DNA of 64,000 nucleotides from an uncultured Bacteroidales bacterium (GTDB lineage Bacteria; Bacteroidota; Bacteroidia; Bacteroidales; F082): NCBI GenBank assembly GCA_937902805.1, contig CALEMB010000103.1, positions 6,095 to 70,094 of the forward strand, read 5' to 3'. Shown piece by piece: positions 61,803 to 64,000 of this stretch (position 1 is its first letter; each line of letters starts with the position of its first letter). The notes under the pieces were generated by a model. It saw only the letters and a program-made list of their open reading frames with translations, ran no database searches and was not told where the DNA came from. The position numbers and the translations under genes were made by a program.

Positions 61803-62705
61803 ATGGAAATCAGAAAGTTAGAACAAATGTTCGAGGTTTTGCGCAGCAAACCCAAAAAACGTCTTGTGGCCGCTTATGCCAACGATGACCACACCATCTG
61901 TGCAGTGAATGCCGCCGTCAAGGAAGGTCTCATCGAAGCCACCCTCATTGGTGACGAGAATGTGATTGCCGAAGTGTGTAAGGCTGAAAACATCGATATC
62001 AATAGCTTTAAGGTCATCCACGAGCCGGTCGATGTGAAAGCCGCTGCTATGGCTTGCGACCTCATCAACGCCGGAGAAGCCGACATCCTGATGAAGGGTC
62101 TGCTCCCCACCGACAAGTACATGCGCGCCATCCTCAACAAGGAACGCGGCCTCTGCCCGCCCAATGTGACGCTGGCCCACGTCGCCGTCATCGAGAACCC
62201 CAACTACCACAAGCTGATGGTAGTCTCCGACTGCGCCATCATCCCGCTGCCCGACTTGAAGCAGAAACAACAGCTGCTCAAGTATGTGACCACCGTGGCC
62301 ACTAAGCTTGGTGTCAGCTGCCCGAAGGTCGCGATGGTGACCGCTACTGAACAGATGAGTGCTGGCATTCCCGCCTGTGTCGATGCCGCCATCATCGCCA
62401 AGATGGCCGAGCGTGGCCAAATCAAGGGCTGCATGGTGGAAGGTCCCATCTCCTTGGACCTCGCCTTGGATGCCGAGACCGCTGCCATCAAGGGCATGAA
62501 GAGTCCCGTGGCTGGCGATGCTGACTGCCTCGTGTTCCCCAACCTCGAAGCCTCCAACGTGTTCTACAAGTGCTGCTCGAAGTTCGACAAGAGCGAAATC
62601 GGCGCCATGTTGATGGGTGCCAAGGTGCCTTGTGTGCTCAGCTCGCGCGGCGACACGTCGAAGACGAAGCTCTATTCCATTGCTTTAGCAGCAATGCTGG
62701 CGTAA
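61803..62705 (+). CDS. ptb: phosphate butyryltransferase (PTA/PTB family)
   Basis: 300 aa, collinear with Ptb (LVAAYANDDHT..., ADILMKG, VSDCAI...), and followed by buk. Confidence 0.85.
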   Translation: MEIRKLEQMFEVLRSKPKKRLVAAYANDDHTICAVNAAVKEGLIEATLIGDENVIAEVCKAENIDINSFKVIHEPVDVKAAAMACDLINAGEADILMKGLLPTDKYMRAILNKERGLCPPNVTLAHVAVIENPNYHKLMVVSDCAIIPLPDLKQKQQLLKYVTTVATKLGVSCPKVAMVTATEQMSAGIPACVDAAIIAKMAERGQIKGCMVEGPISLDLALDAETAAIKGMKSPVAGDADCLVFPNLEASNVFYKCCSKFDKSEIGAMLMGAKVPCVLSSRGDTSKTKLYSIALAAMLA

Positions 62706-62711
62706 TTTTGG

Positions 62712-62802
62712 ACACGCTTCGCGTCACTGCGAGGCACGAAGCAGTCCAGCAAGCAAAACCTCTGGATTGCTTCGTCGTTCCTCCTCGCAATGACGCAAAG
62801 CG
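62712..62802. repeat. ~90-bp imperfect palindromic intergenic element, copy 2 (arms swapped relative to copy 1)
   Basis: The arms are CGTCACTGCGAGGCACGAAGCAGTCC and GGATTGCTTCGTCGTTCCTCCTCGCAATGACG, followed by CAAAGCG. The right arm is the reverse complement of the copy-1 left arm, with 2 mismatches. Confidence 0.85.
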
Positions 62803-62839
62803 ACTGAAGACATCACAATACCAACATAAATATAACATC

Positions 62840-63916
62840 ATGTCACACAAAATATTAACCATAAATCCTGGATCCACCTCGACGAAAATCGCCGTCTTTG
62901 ACGGGGAGGAACAAGTCTTCAAGAAGAACCTCAAGCATAGTGCTGAGGAAGTCGCGAAATATGAGCACATCTCCGACCAAAAGCCCTTCCGCACCGAAGC
63001 CATCAAACGTGAGCTGAAGGAAGCGGGCATCGACTTGAGTGAAATGGCTTGCGTCGTGGGTCGTGGCGGCTTGCTCCGTCCGCTCGTCTCGGGTGTCTAC
63101 GAAGTGAACGATCTCATGATTAAGGATCTCATGGAAGGCTACAATGGTGAACACGCCTCCAACCTCGGTGGCTTGATTGCCAACGACATCGCCAAGGAAC
63201 TCGGCGTGAAGGCTTACATCGCCGACCCCGTCGTCGTCGATGAGATGGACGAAGTGGCACGCTACTCGGGTCACCCGCTGTTTCCGCGCATCTCCATCTT
63301 CCATGCCCTGAACCAAAAGATTATCGCCCGTCAGTTGGCGAAAGACCTGGGCCGCAAGTATGAGGACATGAACATCATCGCCATCCACCTCGGTGGCGGC
63401 ATCTCGGTCAGTGCCCACAAGAAAGGCCGCGTGGTTGACACCAACAACGCCTTGAACGGCGACGGTCCCTTCACCCCCGAACGCGCTGGTTCGTTGCCTG
63501 CCGGCTTCCTTGTCGATGCCTGCTTCAGCGGCAAGTACACCAAGAAGGAAATCGGCCAAATGTTGAAAGGCAAGGGCGGCTTTGTCGCTTACCTCGGCAC
63601 CAACGACGCCCTTGAGGTTGAAAATGCCGTGAAGGCCGGCAACAAGGAATGGGAGAAGGTCTACAAAGCCATGGCTTATCAAGTGGCCAAAGAAGTCGGA
63701 GGTCTCGCCGCCTCAGCTATGAGCATGGATGTCGACGCCATTTTCCTCACTGGTGGCATGGCCTACGACAAGGGCTTCTGCGCTTTGGTGAAGAGCCATG
63801 TGGAGAAAATCGCCCCCGTTTATGTCTATCCCGGCGAAGACGAGATGAAGGCTTTGGCGTTGAACGGACTGCGCGTCCTCAATGGTGAAGACACACCGAA
63901 GGTTTACCATGAGTAA
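62840..63916 (+). CDS. buk: butyrate kinase
   Basis: Trimmed to the ATG at 62840 (MSHKILTINPGSTSTKIAVF). The track ORF's 90-aa extension reads through a palindromic intergenic element. Confidence 0.9.
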   Translation: MSHKILTINPGSTSTKIAVFDGEEQVFKKNLKHSAEEVAKYEHISDQKPFRTEAIKRELKEAGIDLSEMACVVGRGGLLRPLVSGVYEVNDLMIKDLMEGYNGEHASNLGGLIANDIAKELGVKAYIADPVVVDEMDEVARYSGHPLFPRISIFHALNQKIIARQLAKDLGRKYEDMNIIAIHLGGGISVSAHKKGRVVDTNNALNGDGPFTPERAGSLPAGFLVDACFSGKYTKKEIGQMLKGKGGFVAYLGTNDALEVENAVKAGNKEWEKVYKAMAYQVAKEVGGLAASAMSMDVDAIFLTGGMAYDKGFCALVKSHVEKIAPVYVYPGEDEMKALALNGLRVLNGEDTPKVYHE

Positions 63917-63929
63917 ATCAAATCATATT

Positions 63930-63957
63930 GTAGAGACGGTGCACGCACCGTCTCTAC
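63930..63957 (+). terminator. hairpin terminator after buk
   Basis: Perfect 12-bp stem GTAGAGACGGTG/CACCGTCTCTAC with loop CACG. There is no U tract. Confidence 0.55.
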
Positions 63958-64000
63958 CATTTCACCCATTATGGATGATGATTTCTTTGGTGACAGCACA

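Noticed and set aside
63971-64000. Possible start of a plus-strand gene (ATGGATGATGATTTC...) at the right edge
   Set aside because: Only 10 codons are visible, which is too little to support a call.

Overview
This is a 64-kb chromosomal window from a Bacteroidota genome, probably Bacteroidales/Prevotella-like. The evidence is TAnnTTTG -7 promoter boxes in front of most operons, T9SS C-terminal sorting domains, a BlaR1-TonB fusion, a CarboxypepD_reg-type TonB-dependent receptor and a ptb-buk pair. I support about 50 protein genes and 2 tRNAs (Asn-GTT, Thr-CGT), and I see no rRNA, CRISPR array, transposase or integrase. All 29 CDS from 39213 leftwards are on the minus strand, while 17 of the 21 CDS to the right are on the plus strand. 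The switch falls in a 550-bp AT-rich spacer near mnmG that holds an 11-bp tandem repeat and an orphan promoter. Most of the window is housekeeping: an EF-G paralogue, a PfkB kinase, a polysaccharide cluster, the dut/TPR/DUF4292/M23 envelope cluster, mnmG, ybeY, redox enzymes, glucokinase and ptb-buk. Three parts look accessory or unexplained. (1) Region 1-10.6 kb is a lower-GC, six-gene secreted operon. It ends in a truncated SpvB/FG-GAP/RHS toxin that is absent from the ORF track. That toxin is preceded by two T9SS-tagged proteins, a fibre-like protein, a lipoprotein and a small beta-domain protein, and the operon sits under a membrane-spanning TPR/HTH-like regulator. This is my best candidate for an undescribed system. 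(2) Region 57.0-61.7 kb is a four-gene, ATGA-coupled operon of secreted proteins of unknown function ending in a modular 850-aa LRR protein. (3) Region 19.0-21.8 kb is a sugar uptake, mutarotase and cytidylyltransferase-GHMP kinase fusion operon. I also report two copies of a ~90-bp palindromic intergenic element (one splitting ptb from buk), a recurrent 5' leader motif family and several predicted leaderless mRNAs. All family assignments come from motifs read by eye; no searches were run.
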